A stretch of DNA of 64,000 bases, taken from the NCBI GenBank assembly GCA_053919585.1, contig CM132785.1, one strand, 5' to 3'. Source of the DNA: Euprymna scolopes (taxonomy: Eukaryota). How positions within the stretch are numbered: the first letter of the stretch is position 1; every line of letters begins with the position of its first letter. This document shows positions 25,946 through 38,449 of this stretch, piece after piece. The position numbers were made by a program, and so were the translations under genes. The notes beneath the pieces were generated by a model, which ran no database searches, was not told the DNA's origin, and was given only the letters and a program-made list of their open reading frames with translations.

Positions 25946-27688
25946 ATTTATTATTTATGTTAGAAATCATCATATTCGCAAACAGCATCCTGTTTGCTTT
26001 GCCTGTTATATACCAGTCAGATTAAAACCGCCTCTGCAGACATTTAGTTTAGTGTTCGTTTGCTACTTTTACAGTTTATTTTTATCAACAATAGTTACAC
26101 AAATGTACGACAATGAAACACGAAAGCACTAGTGTATTACAATTAATGCACAATACGTATTATATAAGCAGCCATGATTGTTGATCTGTTTTTTGCCAAT
26201 CCATTAATTTTAGCACGACGGCTCTCTATCCATGATAATTTCTTCTCTGGTGGAAATTAGGTGCACATAAACATAGCATGTATATTTACATTTTTTTTAA
26301 TTATTCATGTCTAAAACATTATGTCGCATACTGTTACATTTTAAAAGCGCGCCTATTAAATGTAAGGTGTATTTAATGCGAAACGTTTCCTACTTACTTT
26401 AGCAATATTTAGTTTACTAGTTAATATCCCCACAATTTGGTCACACCTTCAAGTAAAAACAAGGCACGCAACCTGGCTGTTGACCGAAACCTTTTATGGC
26501 ACCGCCATTCTACGTGACGGCATGGAAACAGATCTCTCACCGCTTGACCATACGTTTCTGTTATATTTTCTCGAAATCATCAAATTCTAATTGCAAATAT
26601 GCTGTGTTTTCATTTGCTATTTGTTCTCGTCTTGTTTTTCTGTTTTCTTTGATTGCAACGGAATTTCGTCATATCCCCCCTCCCATGGGAATACTCATGA
26701 TAGAGTATTTGTTTATAATTCAACTGGCTAGACATTGCATAGGTTTCTGTACTATCACCATCGTTTGAACGCTAATGTACATTAACAACTATATTTTGTT
26801 TAGAAAAAGCTTTTTTTCCAAGTCGATTATTATATAAAAAAGTTGCTTATAATGATTACGTAAAATAAATTTCTAAATTTATTAAAACGAGGATTCACCA
26901 TTACACGTTAGAGAGCAGAACTTTGTTTCAGTAATATATTAATATCTACAATTTCGTATATACTGCATATATGCCCATATTCCTATTATATATCCAGTTG
27001 TTTATGCTAGATCCTCGATAGCTATACCTAACTTCCAGGTATACCTGCACAGAAATGTAGTTTCAAAATTATATTGCCACTTTAATCTACACTGAAAAGA
27101 TATGTAATTGTTTCTCTCAACACCGATCAAAAAGCAAATTATATCCTATAAATACTTTATCTTAAAGACGACTGCCTGTGTCTGTTTTGCATGATTCACC
27201 TGAGGGAGAGTCTGAGAGAGAGAGAGTCTGAGGACGACAGGCCAGACATGGACATTCGAACGTCTGGAAGCGAGACGGTCACCTTTGAAACATAGAATGT
27301 AAAACTTTGAATACTTGACTAAGAAAACCACGACCGGTCGGAGAAGAAATAAACCCATCATGTGTTTTTATAAACGTCGTCTTTGTGTTGTAATTCTACC
27401 AAAAGTTAAAGTGATTATATGTCTAATATATCATGTGTTTTAAAATGTCTTTACATACACAATGTCTCGACATCACATATCTATAATGTGAACTCTACAC
27501 CTCATATCTACAATGTGAACACTAAGACTGTCTCAACACTACCTCCTCACTAACACTTCTAAGTATTAACATTATATATATATATATGACTCTTTTCATA
27601 ACACGAACACAGAACGCAACATCTCTCATCTAATAAGACTCTCTAAGTCTCTAAGAACAACTTTTAACAACAGCAATAACATCACATA

Positions 27689-27689
<1 letters not shown>

Positions 27690-27742
<53 letters not shown>

Positions 27743-27751
27743 TAATAATAA
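27690..27751. repeat. (AAT)n microsatellite
   Basis: Direct reading. Confidence 0.95.
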
Positions 27752-28382
27752 TATATAAATATAACAATCGTATAGAGGAGTTTTCATAACAAAAATTATT
27801 CGATAATATTTTTTACAAGTTCATATAATTAAAAAAAATAACGCGTATATTGTTGAAATCATAAGGACCTATTGTATTGTTGGATTTTACGCATTATTAT
27901 TTTAATAGAATTGTATATCCGTATTATTTGGATTATTCTTATAATTCTGTTTATCTTGACTTTCATATTCACACATTTTTTGTGCATGTAATTTACGATC
28001 TTATTCATGTGCATGCAATCAAATTTGGAAATATTTTTGTCGGACTCAAAAATCTGGATTAATTTTCGAACCAGAATTTTTTTTTTTTACTTCACCGGTG
28101 GCATGCTATGTTTCCTTAGTTAGAACTTGATAGAAATCATAAGTAATTTACAATTGTATTTTTCGGTCACCCACATTATGAATTAAAGCTTAAACCAGAA
28201 GACATAATTTGTTAAAATAGTAAATCTAACCCAAAAATCTACCCACTGCACCACGGGTTATTTTTAACATTGCTGAAAAAAAGAAAGAATGCTACACTCG
28301 TAATGTGTATAAAAGGTTTTGTTCCAAATTACGCCCAGATTCCCAAGTTCAGCCAAAAACTTCCGAACTCGACAAAATACAC

Positions 28383-28420
28383 CTGAGGAGTTCGGAGGTT
28401 ACGTTGACCGAAACGTTGTC
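28383..28420 (+). ncRNA. Hammerhead-ribozyme-like core in a probable Penelope-derived repeat
   Basis: CTGAGGA - imperfect stem (gttcgg/ttgacc) - GAAACG. Confidence 0.4.
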
Positions 28421-29349
28421 AAAAAATGAGGATAGTAGTAGAAAGACTTCAAATAATACAAGTTTCTACTTAAGGTACACTAAGGTAAGCAACGTAGAGA
28501 ACTGCACAAACGTTTTTATATTAATCTTTAATACGTAATTATTGGTAGAGAACTACACAAAAAATTTCGAAAATCAAGCCGTTTTTATATTAATCTTTAA
28601 ATATTGTTTTCAATTGGACTAGAATCGAATGAAAATTTATCAAATGTTTTGGAAACAAAAATTGATTCTCCTATAAATTGAATCACAGACATAGCAATTT
28701 TCGTGAGGAAATAACTCATTAGCAACCATGAAATGTTAAGTGGATAAGACGGGGATATTTTGTTTTGATTTTCTTTCCAATTTAACTACCTCCTGTATGA
28801 ATAAAAAAGAACATTTAAATATTTTCCTCTGATAAAATTTATTAACATTTGCACACTGACGCAAACACGCAATTAAAAAGAGAATTGGTGATCGCTGAAA
28901 ATACATCTGATCTTCTTAACAACCGAGTCTGCTCAGAAAGCACCGCAGGTTAGTGTTTGCTTAAATGAAAAAAAAAAACAAAAACAAAACAAAAACAGTG
29001 TAACGCAACAGTTGCAATCGCAACACTATTCTATTCATGTAGCTATTTTGCAATTATAATGTTTACTGATAAATTGCTCCACTTGTACCCACATTTATCC
29101 CCATGATGAAAATTTACTATGTGTTGAAAGATTTCTTCTACAATAGGTTTTGAATCGGGCCGATGCGTTTGGTAATTTTATTTATGATCAATAATTGCAG
29201 AACCTACTAACATTCTTGGATTTAACTATGATATCCCCCATCATTTTACTAACTAATTCAACACCCAGACTTTCTCATAGAATCAGACTACTATCAAAGT
29301 ATCCTCATGAACTTGAATGAAAACTTTGCTATTTAGAGATTTATACAGC

Positions 29350-30404
29350 TGTGGTACGATATCTTCACGAACCCGAGTTGGCCGATGGTTTCGTGATTAC
29401 CACATACGTTGACTGGTCTTTCTCTGTTTCCTTCCACGCCCACGTTGCTTTAAGATCCGTAGAAAGAAGAGATGAGTATGGCCCAGACGACGAAGGTTGA
29501 ATTTGTTGCTGGAGGGAAGAAAAGTTGCCAAGCAATCATAGAAAAATGTCTGAAAGCGTTTGTTATAAACAATAACAACGTTTATTAACACAATCTTCAA
29601 ACACCACGCAATGGGAGTGATTGTGGTTGACTGGCGGAATAAAGTTTTCTTAGAAACTCTTGACTGCAATTAAGCAGCGTTGATGAAGAATGACAACGGA
29701 TTTGGTTCTTTAAGCGGCGGCAAAAAAATGAACCAACTCGATTTTTCGCTTTGGGTATCCTCTATTTATTGGCCCGAATACTTGAACAAGCAGTGTCTGA
29801 TTGGCCAGCCAATGGGGATTGCCGACTAATAGCTATCGTCGTAACAATCACTCGGGTTAGCCTTTGATTGGTTTTAGATAATCGGCCAATTAGTTGCAAT
29901 CATTGGGAGGGGCTATACGGAGCAATTCTGTGATTAGTTGATGAATAATGTATAGCCGCCCAGTCCTTGTTCCAAGCTTGTACTCAATTCCAAGTTAGTC
30001 CGACCCAAAAATGATTGCCAACTTAAAAATATATTTATTGTTTATAATTTGATAAATTATGATTTTTCAGCAGGTGCAAACGTCTGCACTTTGTTTTTGT
30101 TTTATCTGTCATTCCCAATTTCTTTGCACTTAAAATGTCGGACTTCCAAACCGAATTAATTTTACTTATATAATTTTGAAAGGTCAATACATCTACAGAT
30201 GGTTTTTGTTTTATTGACAGATTTTTAGGTCAAATCCTGTTCTTGCTAAGGTCGCCATCTCTTTACTACACTTGATTCTTAAAAAATGTTGGCTACCTTA
30301 ACAAATTTTATACTGTTCAATAAAACAATTAATATTATAATTTAATTAATCATTGTTTAATTAACTTCGCCAGTCAACCTTTTGACACTTAATTAAAAGT
30401 GTCA
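29350..30404 (-). repeat. 3' LTR (~1055 bp) of the env-bearing Gypsy
   Basis: Minus strand TG...CA directly after PPT GGGGGAGGAG (30407-30416). Contains CCAAT boxes, a TATA-like motif and AATAAA in the expected order. Confidence 0.75.
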
Positions 30405-31012
30405 TACTCCTCCCCCACTTACCGACATTTAACCTTTGGTTAAAGTCGGTAAATCATGTTTAACGGTACATACAGAAGACATATAATTACAATGATTGAT
30501 TATACAGTTCAGTTTTGTATGTGTCCATAGAAAAATAAATCAAATGTTCATCCTAAAAAACAACCCCATCTTTTTTTTTCTTCCCCCCCCCTTTTTTTTG
30601 ACATTTTAAAATATTACAAAAAATGTTTTCTTTTTTCTTTTTTTTTTTTTACAGAATTATTATCTCTTTTCTTAATATAATGATAGTAATGACAACAACA
30701 ATAATAATAAATGTTCATTGCAGAGTCCTTCATTTTTTTTCATGCATTTGTAGGATTTTTTTTTTTAATGCATTTGTAAAGATTTTTTTAATCGATTGTT
30801 CCAAGTAATTCAGATCATTACACTGAAAGTATCTCCACCGATGGTAATTGCAAGGCTTCTTTCGGGATATTTGTGGTCTGTGGAGTTTGTATGTCACCTA
30901 TTGGTTCAAGTTCGATTTGTTGTTCCAGTCTCTGCTCTTGATCAGTGACAACCGTTCCTGAGCTCCCAACATTCTTGTGCAGTTTAGTTGGTTCATTTCT
31001 CTTAAGCTTACT

Positions 31013-31780
31013 TTAACAATGGCGTACTATCAGGCTTGATGTTAACAAAACTGATACAATTAATAAGATGATGGCTATTACCAAAATTAACCAGGTAGAA
31101 CTACCTACTTGTTCACTTTCTGTTAGGGAATTTTCCTCTCTAAGTGCATCGAGTTTATGTATTAATTCCCTTAAATTTATTTTCTTTAGAGGACTTACGA
31201 CATTAGGGATTGCTTGCCGGGTTATGTTTGGAAATCCTTTTATTAGAGGTTCCCATAGGCTTAATCTACTAGTAAGTGTGATATTCATCAATGGTAAAAA
31301 AGAGTCGCTGGTCTCAAATTTTTCCTCGGCTTGGTAATAGGGAGGAAGGGTTATAGCGCCGCCATAGACCCAACAGCCCAATGGCACCTGCAGAGTGGTC
31401 AACGGAGGAGATATTTTTATTGTTTTTGGAGGTTTTCCGGTACATACCTGAGATAGTTCCAACTCATCTTTCGCTGCTATCGCCCATGCCCCATCTGTTA
31501 TCCTAATAGCTTTTGGCAGCATTACATCTAGGAGGACTTCTATTTGACAATGCTGCCCTATTTCCTTTTTATTATGCTTGTATAATTCGATTACACACAA
31601 ATAGTGATTGCTGAATGTATATATCGGGCTATTTGATACGCAGGTTCCGAGTAGATCATGTGTACATTTTTCTGCCTCGGAAGAGGTAAGCAACATGAAC
31701 TTTTCTCTAGTTTGATCAAGAGCAATATTTTCGGATTCTATTTTGTATTTTATTTTGTTTTGTTTTTCAGACGTATCCAT
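31013..31780 (-). pseudogene. env: Envelope glycoprotein, C-terminal half (baculovirus F-like), N-terminus deleted
   Basis: Lies between integrase and PPT. Cys-patterned ectodomain (KC...GTC...SPIY...LC...HC...VC...GC..ITLP), N-glycosylation sequons (NIT), C-terminal hydrophobic helix WLILVIAIILLIVSVLL. No signal peptide or furin site seen. Confidence 0.7.
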
Positions 31781-31886
31781 AGAAACTTACATAACCATCT
31801 CTCTGTTATATAATGCCGGTTTTACATTTTATCCAGCACACATGCTTGATTCGCTGAGTCACAACTTGGTGCAAGCTGGTGATCAG

Positions 31887-33080
31887 TTATATTATGGGAT
31901 TGGCCCGATGCCAAGTCATCCCTTTTTTATTTTGATAGCTTCTTAATCTGTATTTTAAAGGTGTATCTTCTTTTTCTTGATATCTTTTTCGTAACTCTGA
32001 CAGGGGAAGTTCATCTTCACTCTCCCAACTATCCGATTCATTTTGCACAAAGGCATTTCCTACTTCTTCAATTTCTATTTGTGATTTAGCAATTGGGCTT
32101 GGCTCAATCTCAATTTCTGACTCCGAATCAGTCTCCGAGGGGGCTTCTACCCACCTCGTCCATCTCATACGTGGATTTGTTTCTTTTCTTTTAGGAATTT
32201 CTCATTCTTCTACTCCTGCTAATTTTAAGTCATTTGCATGAGCCTTTTTTACTTTGCCATTTATTTGGTCCCATACAACAAAAGTTACTGGACCTGTCTG
32301 ATTAATTATTCTATAATAAGGAGACCATTTTTCGTTAAGCTTCCCTTGTCGTAGATGTTTCTTATGATACACCGGATCTCCTATTTTGAGGGTTACCTCT
32401 TTCCTCCCCAAGTTTACCCTTTCATTTCGTTTCTTCTGGGCACGTTTTATCCTCTGCCCAGCTTGCATAAATATCTTATGTTGATTTTGGAGGATTATCT
32501 GGTGAAAATCTTCTCCCAGATATTTCCTACGGGGTTTTAATAGATTATCAATAGGCAAGATTACATCTCGACCAAATAGTAAAAAATAAGGGGAAAATCC
32601 GGTCACTTCATTAATAGAAAATCTTATGGCCCCTAATGCCTGGGTCAGGAATAAATCCCAATTTTCCTTGTCGTCTTTAGTGAGCTTTGCCAATGTATCT
32701 CCCAAGAATCGGTGGAACCGCTCAACCTTAGCATAAGCTTGTGGGTGATAGGGGGATGTTACAATGTGCTTGATGTTGAGACCTTCAGTTGTTTGTCTCA
32801 TTACTTCATTAACGTTTTCTGGGCCATTATCAGATACCAGTTCTAAGGGGGTCCCAAAGCGCGGGATTATTTCGGTTAGTAATAGTCTAGCTACAGTCTG
32901 AGCTTTCTTATCTGGTACTGCATAGGCTTCCGTCCAGTTAGTTAGCCAATCCACAAAGCTAACTATGTATTTATTTCCCTGTGAAGTTTCCCCATAGGGT
33001 CCGGAGACATCTACACTAATTTTTTCAAAGGGATAAAATGGGACATCAGTTTCTTCAAGGGGTGCAATTTCAGATTTAAC
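31887..33080 (-). pseudogene. pol: Gypsy integrase catalytic core and C-terminus (HHCC domain lost)
   Basis: PFEKISVD..GP, VSDNGPEN, SPYHPQ..AKVERF (D,D,E intact), SPYFLLFGR. Open from ~33080 to the stop at 32202; the acidic tail ORF 31887-32168 follows. Confidence 0.92.
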
Positions 33081-33353
33081 AGTAACTAAAGCAAATGGAC
33101 AGAAAATGAAACTAAATGGTATGATCCACCTACCTATTAAAATCGGAAAGATTAAGACAGGTTCAAAATTGTACATTGCACCTGACTTAGACCAAACCAT
33201 GATTTTAGGGGAGGATTGGTTAAAAATAAATAAAGCACAATTATGTTTTAATCCAAATCGGCTAACGATAAGAGGGGTAGAAATTCCCTTGGGTAATAGT
33301 TCCGGCGGGGAAATTAAAATCTACACTACGGACAGTGTAAAATTATCCCCACG
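33076..33353 (+). pseudogene. Gypsy aspartic-protease C-terminal fragment, inverted relative to integrase
   Basis: KANGQKMKLNGMIHLPIKIG...YIAPDLDQTMILGEDWL matches the retropepsin ANG...ILG.DWL pattern. Confidence 0.75.
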
Positions 33354-33394
33354 AACTCGGGTTCGTGAAGATATCGTACCACATAGCTTCATTT

Positions 33395-33520
33395 CAAATA
33401 GTTGGAAATGCTTTATCAATCATTAAATCATTTCTCTCTGATAGGTTCATAAGAGTAGTGGTTGATACGTAGAAATCGGATGCTCACAGTATTAATGCTG
33501 GAGTCCCTCAGAGTTCCATC
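33395..33520 (+). pseudogene. Short CR1-type LINE RT fragment
   Basis: SIIKSFLSDRFIRVVV....INAGVPQ.SI, same family as 42505-43785. Confidence 0.75.
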
Positions 33521-33719
33521 AACCCAATGTAATGATTTTACAAAGATTCCACGACACTATTTTATATATTTGTTATATATGATTATCAATGCAAATAAAG
33601 TTAGATTATACTTTGATGATTCAATTTTGATATTGCAATTACAATATAATCTCACAAATAGACGGATTCCAACACATTTTCATACATTATTTAGTGCGTT
33701 TAAAATAAAATACTCGAAT

Positions 33720-33920
33720 GGATAAGAGAGAATTGCACATTGCATTGTTATGATGATCAAGCTCATGAAATTATGACCTGGCACCTAACCAATCAACTGG
33801 ACACTTTTGAACGTTTACGAAGCCGGTGCAGTTGGTTTCAAAGCAGTTTCACCGTGGCGACATAAATATGAGTGATAAAACCAGCTACGGATGTTTATTA
33901 ACAACTAGTAATATAACGCA
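33720..33920 (+). pseudogene. Possible decayed mariner transposase HTH fragment
   Basis: VQLVSKQFHRGDINMSDKTSYGC resembles the mariner V..WF.RF..GD..L.D..RSGRP motif. Confidence 0.35.
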
Positions 33921-36900
33921 TTCAAAGGTGTATTCATGTAAAAATGGATTTTGGAGCGTTTATACTTTTCATTTTTCATTTATAACGTACGGCACGGTAG
34001 TTCCCTAACGTTTAAATTTTGAGCATAACCATGTGAGTAATATTGACCATTTAAAAAAGTACATCTTTTGATAATTTATTAGCCCTTAGTAAAGTGGTCA
34101 ATTTCTCAGTTGTACATACTTTCTGTCGTAAGCAGTACATTTATGTAATTCTTTCATTTGCTTTCTGATTTTCATATAGAAGAGAATCAATTTAATTTCA
34201 GTTGCAAGGTTACTTGCCTCTATTATATTCGTCCATTAAACCTAGTTATTATACTTTTTATGTATAAATTAAGACATATCATAACAATCGTCATAGCATG
34301 ACATAGTTATGTACCCAAATCATTTGTACAGAAATGCATAATTATATTGCTACGAATATTATCTAAGACAAACAAATTTTTATTTGATACTTGAAAACAC
34401 ACATAGTTTCATTAAATTAAATGTTATTCCTATATTTATTTAAAAACATTTTCTCATATTAGATCTATTTTAAAAAGTCTCTAATGGAAACATTAACTTC
34501 ATCCTTTCAAAATGGATGCTCCTACAAATATGTTGATGCTAATATATCTACAGAATTAGACTACTTTTTAATATGACAAACTGCATTGTCTTATATGAAT
34601 AAATCAAACCATCAGAACATGTCCAATAATTTAAATAATAGTTAAAATCCAGTATACTGTGTAGATATATGATTAACCGAATAGTTTCCCAGTGCGTTCA
34701 GGGACAATCGTGTGGAATGGTTAACAATGTTGTTTCGAGCATATTGAAAATATTATACGATACCTAGATTACTGTGATAGATAACCTTTAAACAAGACTT
34801 GCTATTCCGTTTTGTGTGATTTTTTTCATCATTTTTTCAAGCAGGTGATGAGAATCGTACCGGATGCAAAACATTGATCTCATACTAAGATATTCCCACC
34901 ACGCGATCTTTTAAACATTCTCGCGACCGTCCCTTTAAGTGTAATTATATACACTTCGTTCATTCAGAAATGTACAAACCAATGGAACGGATTATTTATA
35001 CATTTATGTATATAATGTAAATACGCAAACATTTCTAAGAAAATTACATACATAAATATAAAATTACCGTTTGATAACTAAATGAAGAAAAATATTTGAG
35101 TGTATTTTCAAAATAAGAAATGTATTATAAGATATGTTATTAAATCTCTATATGTTTTACAATTAATTTATCAAATAAAATGATATTTAATTAAAAAAAT
35201 CTTATCAAAACAATAAATATAAACATTTACGGGGTTGAAGCATTAGCAATTCATTAGAAAATATATAAAAGTTTGGTTGCAAGACTACAGTAATAATATT
35301 AAGTAACCAAACTATTGTCAAAATTATTTTTTGTAATGAAATATAATTAAGGTGATGTATACTCATGAAATAATATACTGATAGGTGAACTTTCTTAGAA
35401 TATAAATGCTACAACTGCGAATGACGTTTGTTTATCCCTTATGTTTAATAATTGATAAGTTAAACTTAGTCATTTGCAGATTTCTGTAGTTATGAAAAAA
35501 CTCACAGAATATTGTTTATATAATGATCTCCATCTTGGGTAATTATATTACTGAATATCAGGTATGATAATGCTTAGCATCTACTTTTCTCCATGCATTC
35601 TTTTGCTCGAACGAGTGATTATATTTTTCATTTCATTATTCTGACAGTTTCGATTATTTAAATCTAAAATACAATGAGTTTCTCAATACTGAAACACATT
35701 TCTGCTCATGTATCTATGTTCGTCGTGGCGATATTTTTCTCTACGTTTGATATTTTTTGCTTTAAATTTAACACCCAAAGATGGCTCAGGCACCCCTGAA
35801 TTTAGTACTATATATTTGTATTAGTATGAAATTTAGTGATATAAGCACATGCAAAGGAAATAATGGAAAATTAAGTTTGTTGGTAAAATAACTGACTAAT
35901 TTATATTAAAAAATCCAAAAGCCGTTATTTAATTGATTTTTAAATATAATAAAATTCATATCAACTTCAGGTAAAAGCTTAAGTACTGTTTTTTGTATAA
36001 AATTCAAGTCAACATTAAAGTAATTTTAAATTAAGGAATTCCTAATGTAAAATACAAGCATGAAGAAAGTTGGAAATTAAAATAATGCTTTTATAAACTT
36101 AAAATAGTGCATGCAGTCTGTATGGTCATTGATAAAAATAAATGTACACATGAGCGAGAATGATACACTCCACATTATTTGCCCGAAAAAACCCTGTTTT
36201 GGTGATGAGCGAATATTACAGATTATTTAATGCGGATAATGAATAAACTTTTCATTCTGCATTATGTATCAGGTTTTTTTATAGAAAGAGAAATACCCAT
36301 GCAAATGCTAAGCACACACAAAGAGGTATTATTTGGGCAAGTAAATTACCATCATTATATATAAGTCCAAAAGAAGCAGTGAATGGCTAACGAAATAACA
36401 TCACGTTAGCAAGTGAAATGATATGTAATAACAGGATATAGAGGGAGAGAGGTGTAAATAAACGAAGGAAGAGATTGAACTAAAGATTCTTCCGCTAGAG
36501 TGTGTTATACTTTTAGAAACAATTTGCGTTTAGAGACATGGCATGAGTTCATACAAATTAATATAAAAGTGTACACTAATTTACCAAAGAAACGTTCTTA
36601 TTTTTACAGATAACAATTGCCATCAGAAAACTTTTTGTTAATCGACGTTCTTTTTAAAATACTTTTTTTCTCTTGACTATAAATTTATTTTTAAAAGATT
36701 GTTCACTTTTTATGCGATTCCGCATTCCATTATTTTCTGCTCACAGTTTGAATTTTATTTATTTGTTAAGCTTTTTTTTCGTTAACAAAAATAACCAAGC
36801 CTACAGCCTTATGTGTTCCTGCATTTTTTGTAATATCTAAAATTTAATCTTTTGCCCAAGATAAAGGAAATAATTATTCTTTAAATGATGAGTTGTAGTA

Positions 36901-38449
36901 TGATTAGCTATTTTTACTAAAGATCACTGCCTATATCTATTTTATTAACTCTTTATACCCCATAAGCTTACGCTAACTCCATCCGTGTATCTTGTATAAA
37001 TTAATACCCTATCTGTTTCCATAGTTCAAATTAATTATTTTAATTACAATTTATACAAGAAATGTTAGTTCAAATTTATACAAGAAATGTTAGTTCTCGA
37101 CGTTGTAAGATATTTCCGTACACTATTCTTTATATGAGAGGGAATATCTTTTTTTTTAGCTCATTTTAATTTTTTAAAAATCAGCATAGAATTATTTAAG
37201 CATTCGAAACTAACTCACGAGAAAGAATTAAATCTAATAAATAAATAAACAAATATGTTTAAAGCCTTTATTACATACCAGCGACAAGGAAAAGCCAAAC
37301 ATCTAAATGAAACACATTTAATACTTCGACACCGTGCATTTAACTCACCTCACTCTTTTAAACGCCAATAAAGATAGAATAATATACTAAATTATTTCGA
37401 TTATTTAAAAGAGGTAAATGTTATATAGATACTAAGATATTTACTACAAACTTATTTAATCCTTATAAACCATGCGGGACGCAGAAATATATGATTTAGA
37501 ACAAACGTGTAGCCTTACCCCTCTTGGTGTTTATGGAGCTGAATATCTCCTCAGAAAATCTATGAGAAGAACACTCTCCTGTATTATACCTGTGCTACTG
37601 ACTTCATATGTTTTGGTACCGAACAAGGATGGAGGCCTCTATATTCCTAACATTCCTAGAGCCGGTGACTCCAAATATTACAGGTGTGATAACCTAAATT
37701 TTAAAGGAAGTAATGGGGCTACGTCTATCGCCCTGCTTTCATACTCTTTCGTTACTTATTATTCAGGCTCAGATGTACGATCGGAGCAACTCGGAAGAAA
37801 CATGCTTTGTTGTACATTGTTTTATGTCTAAGTGCTTACTTGCGTTGCACGTTGGAAATTGTGCACGTCTACTTTGTGTAGAACCTCTCGACCTAAAACT
37901 CAAACTATTAAATGAAATGACAACTCAAGGAACTAATACGATAATACCAGATTTACCCCCTCCAAAATAATTCGCATCCTAAATTGAGGCTTTCATTCAC
38001 AAATATCCGCGGACTTAGAACTAACTTAGACGATCTAAATTTATGTCTCTTTGAAAATTCACCGGTATCTCAGCGTTAAGACAAACTATTCTTCACTCCT
38101 TCATCTGTTATAACTTTCAACAAGCCTGATTCTCATATTTTCCAGTAGGAACTGGGGCAGACATAAGTATGGACGCGGAATTTATATACTTGACACATCT
38201 TCCCCCTTTACTAGAAAAACCGCAATAGAATCAGATGGTCAAGTATTCATACACTTAAGATTAAATCTGCAACAAATCATTTAAATACTTACTTCTTCCT
38301 ATGTAGTAATGCTTAAGTACATCTATTTGGTGATTGTAATGTTCATCATCGGTACTGGTTTGGCTTTACTACTTAGTCAGATGAAAACGATAGCATTACA
38401 CACAGCTTTTCTATATCCATACACTGTCATAGATACTTAAGCTGCCGGT

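Larger units (their letters stand above)
29350..33383 (-). mobile_element. Rearranged env-bearing Gypsy (errantivirus-like) element bounded by 30-bp inverted termini
   Basis: Integrase, env, PPT and LTR on the minus strand; inverted protease fragment. 29350-29379 is the exact reverse complement of 33354-33383. Flanks CAGC/TAGC. Confidence 0.85.

Noticed and set aside
33081-33200. N-terminal 40 aa of the 332-aa integrase ORF as a novel hydrophobic leader
   Set aside because: It is the antisense reading of the inverted protease fragment; there is no evidence it is translated.
29350-33383. Bona fide Ginger or Polinton DNA transposon
   Set aside because: The PPT, full LTR, env and protease fragment show LTR-retroelement origin; there is no polymerase, ATPase or capsid gene.
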